A stretch of DNA of 25,013 nucleotides from Macrostomum lignano. Its lineage: Eukaryota. The translations under genes were made by a program, and so were the position numbers. The stretch is from contig NIVC01003417.1 of NCBI GenBank assembly GCA_002269645.1, positions 1-25,013 of the forward strand, given 5' to 3'. The notes under the pieces were generated by a model that worked only from the letters and a program-made list of their open reading frames with translations, searched no databases and had not been told where the DNA came from. Below are positions 21,901 through 25,013 of this stretch, piece after piece. How positions within the stretch are numbered: the first letter of the stretch is position 1; each line of letters opens with the position of its first letter.

Positions 21901-24900
21901 CTGGCAGGAGATCAGCTACAGCGGGACTCTGGCAGGAGATCAGCTACAGCGGGACTCTGGCAGGAGATCAGCTACAGCGGGACTCTGGCAGGAGATCAGC
22001 TACAGCGGGACTCTGGCAGGAGATCAGCTACAGCGGGACTCTGGCAGGAGATCAGCTACAGCGGGACTCTGGCAGGAGATCAGCTACAGCGGGACTCTGG
22101 CAGGAGATCAGCTACAGCGGGACTCTGGCAGGAGATCAGCTACAGCGGGACTCTGGCAGGAGATCAGCTACAGCGGGACTCTGGCAGGAGATCAGCTACA
22201 GCGGGACTCTGGCAGGATATCAGCTACAGCGGGACTCTGGCAGGAGATCAGCTACAGCGGGACTCTGGCAGGAGATCAGCTACAGCGGGACTCTGGCAGG
22301 AGATCAGCTACAGCGGGACTCTGGCAGGAGATCAGCTACAGCGGGACTCTGGCAGGATATCAGCTACAGCGGGACTCTGGCAGAATCAGCTACAGCGGGA
22401 CTCTGGCAGGAGATCAGCTACAGCGGGACTCTGGCAGGAGATCAGCTACAGCGGGACTCTGGCAGGAGATCAGCTACAGCGGGACTCTGGCAGGAGATCA
22501 GCTACAGCGGGACTCTGGCAGAGATCAGCTACAGCGGGACTCTGGCAGAGATCAGCTACAGCGGGACTCTGGCAGAGATCAGCTACAGCGGGACTCTGGC
22601 AGGAGATCAGCTACAGCGGGACTCTGGCAGGAGATCAGCTACAGCGGGACTCTGGCAGGAGATCAGCTACAGCGGGACTCTGGCAGGAGATCAGCTACAG
22701 CGGGACTCTGGCAGGAGATCAGCTACAGCGGGACTCTGGCAGGAGATCAGCTACAGCGGGACTCTGGCAGGAGATCAGCTACAGCGGGACTCTGGCAGGA
22801 GATCAGCTACAGCGGGACTCTGGCAGGAGATCAGCTACAGCGGGACTCTGGCAGGAGATCAGCTACAGCGGGACTCTGGCAGGAGATCAGCTACAGCGGG
22901 ACTCTGGCAGGAGATCAGCTACAGCGGGACTCTGGCAGGAGATCAGCTACAGCGGGACTCTGGCAGGAGATCAGCTACAGCGGGACTCTGGCAGGATATC
23001 AGCTACAGCGGGACTCTGGCAGGATATCAGCTACAGCGGGACTCTGGCAGGATCAGCTACAGCGGGACTCTGGCAGGATCAGCTACAGCGGGACTCTGGC
23101 AGGAGATCAGCTACAGCGGGACTCTGGCAGGAGATCAGCTACAGCGGGACTCTGGCAGGAGATCAGCTACAGCGGGACTCTGGCAGGAGATCAGCTACAG
23201 CGGGACTCTGGCAGGAGATCAGCTACAGCGGGACTCTGGCAGGAGATCAGCTACAGCGGGACTCTGGCAGGAGATCAGCTACAGCGGGACTCTGGCAGAG
23301 ATCAGCTACAGCGGGACTCTGGCAGGAGATCAGCTACAGCGGGACTCTGGCAGGAGATCAGCTACAGCGGGACTCTGGCAGGAGATCAGCTACAGCGGGA
23401 CTCTGGCAGGAGATCAGCTACAGCGGGACTCTGGCAGGAGATCAGCTACAGCGGGACTCTGGCAGGAGATCAGCTACAGCGGGACTCTGGCAGGAGATCA
23501 GCTACAGCGGGACTCTGGCAGGAGATCAGCTACAGCGGGACTCTGGCAGGAGATCAGCTACAGCGGGACTCTGGCAGGATCAGCTACAGCGGGACTCTGG
23601 CAGGTCAGCTACAGCGGGACTCTGGCAGGTCAGCTACAGCGGGACTCTGGCAGGTCAGCTACAGCGGGACTCTGGCAGGTCAGCTACAGCGGGACTCTGG
23701 CAGGTCAGCTACAGCGGGACTCTGGCAGGATCAGTACAGCGGGACTCTGGCAGAGATCAGCTACAGCGGGACTCTGGCAGGAGATCAGCTACAGCGGGAC
23801 TCTGGCAAGATCAGCTACAGCGGGACTCTGGCAGAGATCAGCTACAGCGGGACTCTGGCAGGAGATCAGCTACAGCGGGACTCTGGCAGGATCAGCTACA
23901 GCGGGACTCTGGCAGGGATCAGCTACAGCGGGACTCTGGCAGAGATCAGCTACAGCGGGACTCTGGCAGGAGATCAGCTACAGCGGGACTCTGGCAGGAG
24001 ATCAGCTACAGCGGGACTCTGGCAGAGATCAGCTACAGCGGGACTCTGGCAGGAGATCAGCTACAGCGGGACTCTGGCAGAGATCAGCTACAGCGGGACT
24101 CTGGCAGGAGATCAGCTACAGCGGGACTCTGGCAGGAGATCAGCTACAGCGGGACTCTGGCAGGAGATCAGCTACAGCGGGACTCTGGCAGAGATCAGCT
24201 ACAGCGGGACTCTGGCAGGAGATCAGCTACAGCGGGACTCTGGCAGAGATCAGCTACAGCGGGACTCTGGCAGGAGATCAGCTACAGCGGGACTCTGGCA
24301 GAGATCAGCTACAGCGGGACTCTGGCAGGAGATCAGCTACAGCGGGACTCTGGCAGGAGATCAGCTACAGCGGGACTCTGGCAGGAGATCAGCTACAGCG
24401 GGACTCTGGCAGGAGATCAGCTACAGCGGACTCTGGCAGGAGATCAGCTACAGCGGGACTCTGGCAGGAGATCAGCTACAGCGGGACTCTGGCAGGAGAT
24501 CAGCTACAGCGGGACTCTGGCGGCAGGAGATCAGCTACAGCGGGACTCTGCGGCAGGATATCAGCTACAGCGGGACTCTGGCGGCAGGAGATCAGCTACA
24601 GCGGGACTCTGGCAGGATATCAGCTACAGCGGGACTCTGGCAGGTCAGCTACAGCGGGACTCTGGCAGGTCAGCTACAGCGGGACTCTGGCAGTCAGCTA
24701 CAGCGGGACTCTGGCAGGATCAGCTACAGCGGGACTCTGGCAGGAGATCAGCTACAGCGCGGACTCTGGCAGGAGATCAGCTACAGCGGGACTCTGGCAG
24801 GAGATCAGCTACAGCGGGACTCTGGCAGGAGATCAGCTACAGCGGGACTCTGGCAGGAGATCAGCTACAGCGGGACTCGGGCAGGAGATCAGCTACAGCG

Positions 24901-25013
24901 GGACTCTGGCAGGATCAGCTACAGCGGGACTCTGGCAGAGATCAGCTACAGCGGGACTCTGGCAGTCAGCTACAGCGGGACTCTGGCAGGAGATCAGCTA
25001 CAGCGGCGACTCT
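15955..25013. repeat. Large satellite, consensus 28 bp AGCTACAGCGGGACTCTGGCAGGAGATC, units 24-31 bp, runs off the window
   Basis: About 9.06 kb, roughly 325 units (estimated from length). Near-invariant core TCAGCTACAGCGGGACTCTGGC plus a variable purine-rich linker. Confidence 0.99.

Noticed and set aside
15955-25013. CRISPR-like array (constant repeat plus variable spacer)
   Set aside because: The linkers are only 2-9 nt, drawn from a handful of related variants and reused many times. There are no cas genes and the context is eukaryotic.

Overview
Eukaryotic (animal) genomic DNA with GC-rich exons in AT-rich, minisatellite-laden intronic and intergenic sequence. The platyhelminth-type sigma GST and this architecture suggest a free-living flatworm such as Macrostomum (inference only). 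Three genes are supported. (1) A four-exon class A GPCR of the invertebrate melatonin-receptor-like type on the minus strand, reconstructed by hand as join(9512-9446, 9259-9165, 7602-7512, 6748-5772), 409 aa; the ORF track shows only part of its last exon. (2) An intronless sigma-class glutathione S-transferase (13850-14464, +). (3) An 89-aa secreted, prohormone-like ORF (15164-14895, -) convergent with the GST. At least ten unrelated tandem arrays are present (units of 2, 5, 6, 9, 14, 20, 20, 21, 23/25, 41 and about 28 bp). The largest is a >9 kb satellite (about 15955 to the window end) with a near-invariant 22-bp core and a 2-9 nt variable linker. Most other long ORFs in the track are repeat artefacts. 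No CRISPR, tRNA, rRNA or intact mobile element was found. I see no convincing wholly new biological system. The best leads are the unrecognised prohormone-like peptide, arrays that fill introns almost to the splice sites, and the variant-coded satellite.
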